Source: an uncultured bacterium
GTDB taxonomy: Bacteria; Gemmatimonadota; Gemmatimonadetes; Gemmatimonadales; Gemmatimonadaceae
Direction: 5' to 3'
DNA: 52,358 bases
NCBI GenBank assembly: GCA_963978095.1
Contig: CAXBQP010000015.1
Coordinates: 1-52,358, forward strand
Both the position numbers and the translations under genes were made by a program. Each line of letters begins with the position of its first letter. The stretch's first letter is position 1. The notes below the pieces were generated by a model. It worked only from the letters and a program-made list of their open reading frames with translations, was not told the origin of the DNA and searched no databases. Of this stretch, positions 27,801 to 36,043 are shown one piece after another.

Positions 27801-30677
27801 TTGATCGTGTCTTTCGCACTGGTGGTTTCGCTGATGGTGCAGGCGACGGCCGTGGCCGTTCCTGATTCGACGCTGACGGGCGCCCGCTCACCGAGTTATA
27901 CCGCGGATGGTCGTTTGGTGGTGGCGGCGGAGGGGCATCTCTACCTCCGGACCCTTGCCGGCCAATGGGTGCAGATGACGAAGGGAAGCGGGTGGGATCG
28001 AGATCCGTCGGTGTCCCGTGACGGGGCTTCGATCGTGTTCTCGTCCGATCGGGGCGGAAACTTCGATCTGTACCGCATCGGCCTGCGGGGAGATGGCGCG
28101 GTCGGCGACCCCGAACGGTTGACCAACAGCGCCGACGCCGAAACGATGCCCAGTGTCGCGGCCGACGGCCGCATTGCCTTCGTCCGCGGGTTTGGCGGGG
28201 CGTCGCGCATCTGGATTCGTGCCGTCGACGGCACGGAGCGACGGCTGACGGATCGCGAGCTCGCCGAGACCGCACCCACCTTTTCGCCGGACGGCGGGCG
28301 CGTGGCGTACGTGGGCGTCAGCGAGTTGCAGCGGCGGGTCGTGGTTCGTACGCTCGCGGATGGTCGGGAATCCATCGTCAACGCCGACAAGAACGCGGAT
28401 CGCGTGGCGTGGTCCCCCGCAGGGGATCGCGTGGTGTTCACCAGCATCGTGGGACGGTCGCCGATTTTCGTCGCGTCGGCGGATGGACGATGGACCAATA
28501 CGGTGGCCACGATCCATGGCGATCTGGCTTGGTCGCCGGACGGCCGGACAATCGCCGTGGCCGAGCACGACGTAAACCCTCCGACGTACAACGGTGACCC
28601 CGAACGCCTCGGAGATCGCTCCGCCGCCGAGAGCTTTATCGCCACAAAAGACCGGGTCGTGCTCCTCAGCGCTCCGCTCCCGCTCGATGCCGGCCTCGCA
28701 CCCGTGGCATTGACTGCCGCGCGCGACCGCGTCGCGCGCAACGCCGACGCCTACGACCGTGCGTGGGCGCGCTCGACCGCGCTGTATTTCAGTGGGTCGA
28801 CGGCGGCAGATCGCCGGGCCCAGTGGGAAAGCGTCAAAACCAAGCACCGCCCTGAGGCGCTCGCGGCCAAGACGGACGACGAGCTCGAGCGCGCCATTCA
28901 TGCGATGCTCCGCGAACGCCCGCCGCTCAAGAACGTCGCGACCGGGCGCGCTGCCGTCTCGAGTGCGAATCCCGTCAGCACCGAGGCCGGCCTCGAGATC
29001 TTCCGCGCGGGCGGGAACGTGGTCGACGCAGCAGTGGCGGTGAGTTTCGCCTTGGGGGTGGTCGAGCCCGATGCCAGCGGTGTTGGCGGGTACGGACAGA
29101 TGGTGCTCTATCTCGCCAAGATGGAGAAACCGACGTTGTTCGAGTTCATGTCGCGGGTTCCGGAGGACGCCGGGCTGTCGAATACGTCACTGCTGACCAA
29201 CGGCCGGTATCCCAACGATGGGCCGGTGCTCCCCAATATCCCGGGCACCGTCGCCGGCATGCACGCGGCGTGGAAGAAATACGGCAGCGGGAAAGTATCG
29301 TGGCAGGACATCCTCGCACCCGCGATCCGGGCGGCACGCAACGGGTACGTCGTCACGGAGGGACTCGCGACCACGCTCAGCACCGAGCGTGAACACTTCC
29401 TGAAATACGAGGGAAGCCGGGCGTTGTTCTTCCGCAACGGCCGGCCGCTCGTCGCGGGCGATACCCTGAAGAATCCCGATCTCGCGTGGGTGCTGACGCA
29501 GATCGCCGAGCGGGGCGCGGACGGGTTCTATCGGGGTGACGTGGCCAAGAAGTACGTGGACGATCTCCACAGCAAGGGGAATGCCATGAAGATGTCGGAC
29601 ATGGCCCGCTACTTCGCCCCTGAACGCGAGCCCGTGAGCGGGAGCTACCGCGGCTTCACGGTGTTCTCGAGCGCGCCACCGGTCAGTGGTGGTGCCGATC
29701 TGGTGGGGAAGCTCAACTTGCTCGAGCAGTTCGAGAAACCCAAGGTGTACGCGGAGGATGCGCCCACCTTCCATGCGATGCTCGCCGCCTGGTCACTCGT
29801 GGCCGGCGGTCGCGTGGCGGATCCGGCACTCTGGCCCGTGACGCTCGATGGCTATTTGAGCAAGGACACCGCCGCCGTGCGCTGGCGCTGCTACTCGCCG
29901 GATCATGCGGTGCGTCCTGGCGACATCCGCACGGCCCCGGGCGGTTGCGCCTCGGGGAATCCCGGCGCGGTGCGCCCGTCGCCCCCGCTCGAGCTGGCGT
30001 CAGCCGCGCAGACCGCATCGGCACCTGACGGACCGTGCGGTGCCGAACACGCGATGGAGATGGAGTATTGCCATGCGGCGGGAACGACGGCGTTCACCGT
30101 GGCCGACGCCGAAGGGAATGTCGTCGCCGTCACGCAGACACTCGGCACGTGGGGCGGCAACTTCTACGTCACGCCAGGACTCGGCTTCCTGAGCAACGAC
30201 AAACTCACCAGCTACGGGACCGATCCCTCGCAGTACGGGGCGCGGCTTCCCTTCGCGCGACATGGGAGCACCCTTGCGCCAACGATCGCGTTCAAGGGAA
30301 AGAAGCCCGTGTTCGCGGTGGGGGCTGCCGGGAACTCATGGATCACGAGCGCGGTGTTTCAGACGCTGGTCGGCGCCCTCGACTTCGGTCTTGATCCGCA
30401 ACGGGCGCTCGAGCTCCCACGCTTTCTTCCCGGCGGGCGCGGCGGAGCCGGAGCTGCCACTGGAGCTGTCAACACGGGTGCCGTGGTCGTGACCATCGAG
30501 GATGGCTTCAGCCCCGAGGTGCTCCGACGGATGCGTGCAATGGGCTACGAATTCAACATCGTGTCGCTGAAGGGCGAGTTGCGCGAGGGGTACGGTGCGG
30601 CGATTTCGCTTGACGGCAAGAAGGTGACCGCCGGCGCCGACCCGCGGCGTGCGGGTGCGGCGGGCGCCGTGCCATGA
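27801..30677 (+). CDS. ggt: Secreted PD40/TolB-like beta-propeller fused to gamma-glutamyltranspeptidase (with a tricorn-C1-like linker)
   Basis: PSVSRDG..IVFSSDRGGNFDLY, PTFSPDG and WSPDG repeats. GGT motifs GGNVVDAAVAVSFALGVVEPDASGVGG, PGTVAG, GFYRG, GTTAFTVAD.EGN.VAVTQTLG and GADPRR. Start may be GTG 27807. Confidence 0.88.
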   Translation: MIVSFALVVSLMVQATAVAVPDSTLTGARSPSYTADGRLVVAAEGHLYLRTLAGQWVQMTKGSGWDRDPSVSRDGASIVFSSDRGGNFDLYRIGLRGDGAVGDPERLTNSADAETMPSVAADGRIAFVRGFGGASRIWIRAVDGTERRLTDRELAETAPTFSPDGGRVAYVGVSELQRRVVVRTLADGRESIVNADKNADRVAWSPAGDRVVFTSIVGRSPIFVASADGRWTNTVATIHGDLAWSPDGRTIAVAEHDVNPPTYNGDPERLGDRSAAESFIATKDRVVLLSAPLPLDAGLAPVALTAARDRVARNADAYDRAWARSTALYFSGSTAADRRAQWESVKTKHRPEALAAKTDDELERAIHAMLRERPPLKNVATGRAAVSSANPVSTEAGLEIFRAGGNVVDAAVAVSFALGVVEPDASGVGGYGQMVLYLAKMEKPTLFEFMSRVPEDAGLSNTSLLTNGRYPNDGPVLPNIPGTVAGMHAAWKKYGSGKVSWQDILAPAIRAARNGYVVTEGLATTLSTEREHFLKYEGSRALFFRNGRPLVAGDTLKNPDLAWVLTQIAERGADGFYRGDVAKKYVDDLHSKGNAMKMSDMARYFAPEREPVSGSYRGFTVFSSAPPVSGGADLVGKLNLLEQFEKPKVYAEDAPTFHAMLAAWSLVAGGRVADPALWPVTLDGYLSKDTAAVRWRCYSPDHAVRPGDIRTAPGGCASGNPGAVRPSPPLELASAAQTASAPDGPCGAEHAMEMEYCHAAGTTAFTVADAEGNVVAVTQTLGTWGGNFYVTPGLGFLSNDKLTSYGTDPSQYGARLPFARHGSTLAPTIAFKGKKPVFAVGAAGNSWITSAVFQTLVGALDFGLDPQRALELPRFLPGGRGGAGAATGAVNTGAVVVTIEDGFSPEVLRRMRAMGYEFNIVSLKGELREGYGAAISLDGKKVTAGADPRRAGAAGAVP

Positions 30678-30699
30678 TCGGGCCGCGTGACGCGATCGT

Positions 30700-31317
30700 T
30701 CACGGTGTCCGCGCGGCACCCGACGAGGGACGCCGCGCGACATTGACGGGCGACGAGAGCTCCCCGGACTTCACCCAGCGCTCTTCGGGACGATAGACCG
30801 TCAGCAACGCGGGGCCGAACGATGCCGGGAGCTTCAGGCGAACCGCGGCGATGTCGCGCCCCGTGGTGACCTCCGCGGTGACGGCAAGACGTGACAGATG
30901 TTCGAAGCGCACGCCGTCCGCCAAGCGCGACATGAGTTCGCGCTTGAGTGCGTCTTGCACCTCGTCGGCCGTTGCCCCTTGCCAGCGGGTGAACGCCACG
31001 GGCGCCGAGGCGTCCGCGACCAATTGGGTGCCCCGGTGAATGGACTGCTCGATTGTGGCGAACTGCTTCGCGAAGTCGGCGCGCGACCGGCTTGTCGCCA
31101 CCACGAGGAACTCCTGCATCGGCCGCCCCGGCATCCACGCCGCGTGCAACACCTCCGCCCACGGAATCTGCAGACGGAGTTGCACGTAGCCCCCGTCGCG
31201 CACCACGAGCGTCGCGCTCGCATCGGAGAGCTCGTGTGCCGCGATCGGCGACGCGACCAACAGCGCGGTCGCAACGCTCACCCCGAACCACCGGCGTCGC
31301 ATCCACCGTTTCCCCAT
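30700..31317 (-). CDS. Secreted hypothetical protein; mature chain predicted to begin with His
   Basis: AGGAG upstream of ATG 31317, 8 nt after the YHYH gene; signal ...ASPIAA-HEL. Confidence 0.65.
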   Translation of the reverse strand: MGKRWMRRRWFGVSVATALLVASPIAAHELSDASATLVVRDGGYVQLRLQIPWAEVLHAAWMPGRPMQEFLVVATSRSRADFAKQFATIEQSIHRGTQLVADASAPVAFTRWQGATADEVQDALKRELMSRLADGVRFEHLSRLAVTAEVTTGRDIAAVRLKLPASFGPALLTVYRPEERWVKSGELSSPVNVARRPSSGAARTP

Positions 31318-31325
31318 CGGACTCC

Positions 31326-32807
31326 TTAGAACGAGCGACAGTAATTCGAGGTCGAGGTCTGCGCGCCGTTGGTGTAGAACGTGAAGGTCCAGCAGAGCGC
31401 CGTGGTGCGCGTGTACTTGATCTGATAGCTGGAGGACCCCGACTGCCAGGCCATGGTGGTCGTGCCGCCGATCGCGAGCGACGCGGTCGTCGCATCCAGG
31501 GTCATGTTGCTCGCGGCCATCGGGGTCCCCGGAGGCCGGACCGGGGAGTATTTCGCGGATTGTCCGGCGAGGTCGGGACTGGGGTTCCCGTAGAAACAGC
31601 TCAGCACATACGGGCTCACATCGGTCACATGATACGCGTAGCCCGATGGGGCATTCTGGTGGGTCAGCGTATTCCCCCCACAGATGTTGTCGCGCGTTGC
31701 CGTGGTGCCGTCCGGATTGCGGTACCCGAAGATCGCGTACCCGTCGAGTGCCCAGCCCAACGGGTGGGAGTCCCAATAGGCGGTCGGTTGATCGCTCATC
31801 ATGCAGACCGGGGCGGCGTGATAGTGATAATCGTCGGCGCGTCCCGCGTGTCCGTTGCAGAGATCGAGCTCCCCCAGCACCTTGGTATCGTTGCCGCCCG
31901 GCGTGTTGTTGCACCCCCCCTGCTTGCACGGGTTGAAGATCGGAACCCCGTTCACGGCGACCCCGATCGGCCCGTCCACCGCCGCCGACTTGGTGGACGC
32001 CACGGTCGGGACGAGCGGAATCTTCCAGGCATTCGTGCCCGTGAAGTTCTGCGGGATCGGCACCTGCTGATTGGTGGCGGTGATCCCGTTCATCATCGCG
32101 TGCTTCGATTGGATCCCGTACGTACTCAGGTAGCCGTAGGTCGAATCGCAGGTGACGGAGAGACTATTGGTCGCGGCATAGCTCCCGAGCGAGGTGCGGA
32201 TCGATGCGCAGTTGATCATCGCCTGCGTGCGGGTCACGCCCAGTGTGAGCGTCGCCGAGCCGAGGGTCACCGGAGCGAGCGCCGCGGTCAGGACCGCTCC
32301 CGTCACCTGCGTGGCGCTGAGGCCGGCCAGATTCGGGGTGCCGGAAAGCGCATACACGGTGAAGATGTAGCTTTTGAGCCCGGGTCCCTGCGAGCATGGC
32401 GGGGCGTAGGCCAGCCCGCCGCCGTCGTCGGCGAATCCGGCCGTCCCGACTCCGGTGGCGCCGGCGGCAATGCTGGTCGCCGTCGCGGGAATGTTGTACA
32501 GAATCCAGTTGTACTTGACCGTCCCGGGACTCGGGATGGTGGTCATGATCATGGCGTATCCCGTTGTGCCGCTGGGGGCGCCGGACCACGCGAGCGGCGG
32601 CGACTGCGAGCCGCCGTCACAGGTGTAGGTGGTGGGCAAGGTCCCGTTGCTGGCTCCGGAACTGACGACCGTGAGAGCGCCCGTGCCTCCGGTTCCTCCT
32701 CCCGAACCATTATTGGTGCTCGTAGCCGCCGGAGCGGTGCTCTTGGCGCTGCAGGCCGCCACCATCGCAACCGCCGTAGCCATCAACGGGATGACGCGAA
32801 ATCGCAT
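31326..32807 (-). CDS. Lipoprotein fusing a YbhB/YbcL (PEBP) domain to a YHYH domain
   Basis: Lipobox VAAC. PEBP motifs YTCDG...SPPLAWSGAP.GT...W.LYNIP...Y.PPC...Y.FTVYAL. YHYH motifs GPIGVAVNGVPIFNP, LD.CNGHAGRADDYHYH, GWALDGY.I.G and YAYH. Confidence 0.85.
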   Translation of the reverse strand: MRFRVIPLMATAVAMVAACSAKSTAPAATSTNNGSGGGTGGTGALTVVSSGASNGTLPTTYTCDGGSQSPPLAWSGAPSGTTGYAMIMTTIPSPGTVKYNWILYNIPATATSIAAGATGVGTAGFADDGGGLAYAPPCSQGPGLKSYIFTVYALSGTPNLAGLSATQVTGAVLTAALAPVTLGSATLTLGVTRTQAMINCASIRTSLGSYAATNSLSVTCDSTYGYLSTYGIQSKHAMMNGITATNQQVPIPQNFTGTNAWKIPLVPTVASTKSAAVDGPIGVAVNGVPIFNPCKQGGCNNTPGGNDTKVLGELDLCNGHAGRADDYHYHAAPVCMMSDQPTAYWDSHPLGWALDGYAIFGYRNPDGTTATRDNICGGNTLTHQNAPSGYAYHVTDVSPYVLSCFYGNPSPDLAGQSAKYSPVRPPGTPMAASNMTLDATTASLAIGGTTTMAWQSGSSSYQIKYTRTTALCWTFTFYTNGAQTSTSNYCRSF

Positions 32808-32944
32808 TCGCCGGGTCCGGAATGAGGGTCGCTGTTCGACGATCGGATCGTCCCCTGCGTTAACAGGTCTGGACGCCTTTCTCCCGACCTAACTTAGCAC
32901 ACATATTGGGGGAGTCACGCCAGATCACATTCGCCAGGCTTCGC

Positions 32945-34561
32945 ATGTCGCCGATCGTCACTGCCCTGCTGCTACTTGCCACTGTTGGCCCGACCGGTCG
33001 ACCGCGCGTTCGACCCTCGGAACGACCCTCGGAACGACCCTCGGTCCGCGCGGAGTCGCTGGACGTGCTGATCCGTCGCGGAACGGTGTACGATGGCTCG
33101 GGTGCCCCCGCCCGCGTGACCGATATCGGGATTCGTGGCGACCGCATCGTCTTCATCGGCGACGCCGCATCGCAACCGTTGACAGCGGCCCGTACGATCG
33201 ACGCGCAGGGGCTGATCGTGGCGCCGGGATTCATCGATCCGCATACGCACGCATACGAAGGGCTGCCGAACCTCAGCGAGACCCGTCGCAAGAACATCGG
33301 GGCGCTCATGCAGGGCGTGACGACCGTGGTGCTGGGGGCCGATGGCCGCGGCCCGGTGAACGTCGCCAGCGTGCTCGCGGAATCGGAGTCGCGCGGGCTC
33401 GGCACCAACACCTACGCGCTCACCGGTTTCGGCACGGTACGCGCCTCGGTGATGGGGGCCTCATCGGCGCCGGCGACGCCGGCACAGGTCGACGCCATGC
33501 GGGCACTCGTGACCAAGGCGATGAGTGAAGGGGCCTACGGCGTGGGCTCCGGGCTGTTCTACGCGCCGCAAAGCTATGCGACCACCGAAGAAGTCATCGC
33601 GGTCCTCAAGGGCGCCACGCCGTTCGGCGGCGTCTACGACACCCACCAGCGCGACGAAAGCTCCTATACCATCGGCCTGCTGAACTCCACGCGCGAAGCC
33701 ATCCGGATCGCCCAGGAAACCGGCCTCACCGCCAACATCGGCCACATCAAGGCACTCGGCGTCGACGTCTGGGGCTACGCCGACAGTTTGATTCGCATCA
33801 TGAATGACGCGCGCGCCACCGGACTGAAGGTCGTGGCCGATCAGTATCCATGGACAGCCAGCGGCACCAGCCTCGCCGCCGCGTTGCTCCCGCGCTGGGC
33901 CCAGGCCGGCGGCCGTGACTCGCTGTTGCATCGCATCGCCGACCCCACGACGCGCAGCAGGATGCTCGACGAGATGCGCGACAACCTCCGGCGCCGCGGT
34001 GGTGACAGCACCCTCCTGCTCACCAGTGGCGGGGCGGCGGCCAAGCCGTACATCGGCAAGACGCTCAAAGCCGTCGCCGGCAGCGCCGGGACTCCCGCGG
34101 TCGAAACCGCACTGGAGATCATTCGGACGATCGGCGACATCAGTGTCGCCTCCTTCAACATGATCGAACCGGACATCGAGACGCTCATGAAGGATCCATA
34201 TGTGATGACCAGTTCCGACGGCTCGGACGGGCACCCGCGCCTCTATGGCACCTACCCGCGCAAGATCCGCCGGTATGTGCTGGACAAACCGGTCATCACC
34301 ATGGCGCGCATGATCCAGAGCTCCTCGACCCAGGTGGCCGCAACGTACGGGCTCACGAATCGCGGATCCCTCACCATCGGGACGTTCGCCGATGTCATCG
34401 TCTTCGATCCGCGCACCATCCGTGACGCGGCGACGTACACCGAACCCGAGAAGCTCGCCATCGGGATGCGGTGGGTGTTCGTCAATGGGAAGGCGGCCGT
34501 CGCCAACGGTACGCCGACTGGTGCGATGGCTGGCCGCGCACTCCGCAAACCTGTCAACTGA
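32945..34561 (+). CDS. Secreted N-acyl-D-amino-acid deacylase-family amidohydrolase
   Basis: VYDGSG, VAPGFIDPHTH, QGVTTV, SGLFY.P, THQRDE, GHIK, DQYPW, SSDG..GHPR.YGTYPR and AD.IVFDP. Confidence 0.9.
   Translation: MSPIVTALLLLATVGPTGRPRVRPSERPSERPSVRAESLDVLIRRGTVYDGSGAPARVTDIGIRGDRIVFIGDAASQPLTAARTIDAQGLIVAPGFIDPHTHAYEGLPNLSETRRKNIGALMQGVTTVVLGADGRGPVNVASVLAESESRGLGTNTYALTGFGTVRASVMGASSAPATPAQVDAMRALVTKAMSEGAYGVGSGLFYAPQSYATTEEVIAVLKGATPFGGVYDTHQRDESSYTIGLLNSTREAIRIAQETGLTANIGHIKALGVDVWGYADSLIRIMNDARATGLKVVADQYPWTASGTSLAAALLPRWAQAGGRDSLLHRIADPTTRSRMLDEMRDNLRRRGGDSTLLLTSGGAAAKPYIGKTLKAVAGSAGTPAVETALEIIRTIGDISVASFNMIEPDIETLMKDPYVMTSSDGSDGHPRLYGTYPRKIRRYVLDKPVITMARMIQSSSTQVAATYGLTNRGSLTIGTFADVIVFDPRTIRDAATYTEPEKLAIGMRWVFVNGKAAVANGTPTGAMAGRALRKPVN
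33011..33044 (+). repeat. 12-bp tandem repeat (CGACCCTCGGAA, about 2.8 copies) just after the signal peptide
   Basis: Units at 33011 and 33023 plus a partial at 33035; encodes RPSE repeats. Confidence 0.8.
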
Positions 34562-34582
34562 GGCGCGACACGCGCCGCCCCG

Positions 34583-36043
34583 GTGAATCCGATGTCGCTT
34601 CCCCATGTCCCGAACGTGATCAGCGGCGCCCCCGCGTCGACCCTGCCGTTGCTCGACGTCCACGATCCTGCGACGGGCACGGTCATCGCGCGCGTCCCGC
34701 TGTCGGGCGCGCACGAGCTGGATCTCGCCGTGCAGGCCGCGCACCGCGCCCAGCCCGCGTGGGCGGCACTGCCGATCAAAGAGCGGGTGCAGGTCTTCTA
34801 CCGATACAAAGCACTGCTCGAACGGGACATCGACGCACTCGCCGCACTGATCTCGCGGGAGAATGGGAAGATCGACAGTGAAGCGCGGGCGGAGGTGTTG
34901 AAGGCCGCCGAGCTGAGCGAGTTCGCCTGCTCGCTGCCGCAGATCGTCACCGGCGAAGTCCTTGAGGTGAGCCGCGGCGTGGAATGCCGGATCGAGCGCT
35001 TTCCGTTGGGGGTGGTCGCGTGCATCACGCCCTTCAACTTTCCGAACATGGTGCCGAACTGGAGCCTTCCCAACGCGCTCGCGCTTGGCAATGCGGTGAT
35101 TCTCAAGCCGTCGGAGTTCGTACCGCTCAGTGCGATCAAGATCGCGGAACTGCTGCGCGAGGCGGGGCTGCCCGAGGGCATCCTGCAGATCGTCCATGGC
35201 GGGCAGGAGACGGTCGAAGCCATCTGCGATCATCCCGGCATCGCGGGCGTCACCTTCGTGGGCTCCACGAAGGTCGCCAAGATCGTGTATCGCCGGGCGA
35301 GCGCGGCGCTCAAACGGGTGCTCGCGTTGGGCGGCGCCAAGAACCATCTCATCGTGATGCCCGACGCCGATGTCGAGATGGCGTCGGGGAACATCGTCGC
35401 GTCGATGAGTGGGTGCGCCGGCCAGCGCTGCATGGCCGCGAGCGTGATGATCTCGGTGCAGAACACCGATCGCATCGTCGCGCGCATGGTGGAGCAGGCC
35501 GCGGCCATGGTACCGGGACGCGATATCGGCCCCGTGATCACGGCAGCCGCCAAGGAGCGGATCGTCCGGTACATCACCGAGGCCGAGGCGCAGGGCGCCA
35601 CCGTCCTGGTCGATGGCCGCGAGGCCACGGTGGCCGGCAAGGAAGGGGGCTACTGGCTCGGCCCGACGATCCTCGACCACGTGACGCCGGACATGGCGAT
35701 CGCGCGCGAGGAAGTCTTCGGTCCGGTGCTCGTCATCATCCGCGCGCACGATGTGGACGAAGCCCTCGCCGTGGAGAACGCGTCGCCGTACGGCAACGCA
35801 GCCAGCGTCTTCACCGAGAGCGGGGGCGTGGCGCGCCGCGTGATGGAGCGCGCCAATGCCGGCATGGTGGGAGTGAATGTCGGCGTCCCCGTCCCGCGCG
35901 AACCCTTCTCCTTTGGCGGCTGGAACGATTCCCGCTTCGGGGTCGGCGACATCACGGGGCGTGGATCGATCGAGTTCTGGACGCAGTCCAAGAAGATGAC
36001 CACCAAGTGGAATCGCGAGGCCGGGACCAACTGGATGTCCTGA
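34583..36043 (+). CDS. mmsA: CoA-acylating (methyl)malonate-semialdehyde dehydrogenase (MmsA/IolA)
   Basis: ITPFNFP.MVP.W, LKPSE, FVGST, LGGAKNH, GCAGQRCMA, EEVFGPV and GMVGVNVGVPVPREPFSFGGW..S.FG. Confidence 0.92.
   Translation: MNPMSLPHVPNVISGAPASTLPLLDVHDPATGTVIARVPLSGAHELDLAVQAAHRAQPAWAALPIKERVQVFYRYKALLERDIDALAALISRENGKIDSEARAEVLKAAELSEFACSLPQIVTGEVLEVSRGVECRIERFPLGVVACITPFNFPNMVPNWSLPNALALGNAVILKPSEFVPLSAIKIAELLREAGLPEGILQIVHGGQETVEAICDHPGIAGVTFVGSTKVAKIVYRRASAALKRVLALGGAKNHLIVMPDADVEMASGNIVASMSGCAGQRCMAASVMISVQNTDRIVARMVEQAAAMVPGRDIGPVITAAAKERIVRYITEAEAQGATVLVDGREATVAGKEGGYWLGPTILDHVTPDMAIAREEVFGPVLVIIRAHDVDEALAVENASPYGNAASVFTESGGVARRVMERANAGMVGVNVGVPVPREPFSFGGWNDSRFGVGDITGRGSIEFWTQSKKMTTKWNREAGTNWMS

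Noticed and set aside
19661..30677. Secondary-metabolite biosynthetic cluster around the P450
   Set aside because: No NRPS, PKS, terpene synthase, precursor peptide or exporter is visible; neighbours are mostly exported hydrolases.
18586..36043. Myo-inositol catabolic cluster (TIM-barrel isomerase plus IolA)
   Set aside because: The genes are about 15 kb apart, there are no iolB/C/D/G genes, and the isomerase is Tat-exported.
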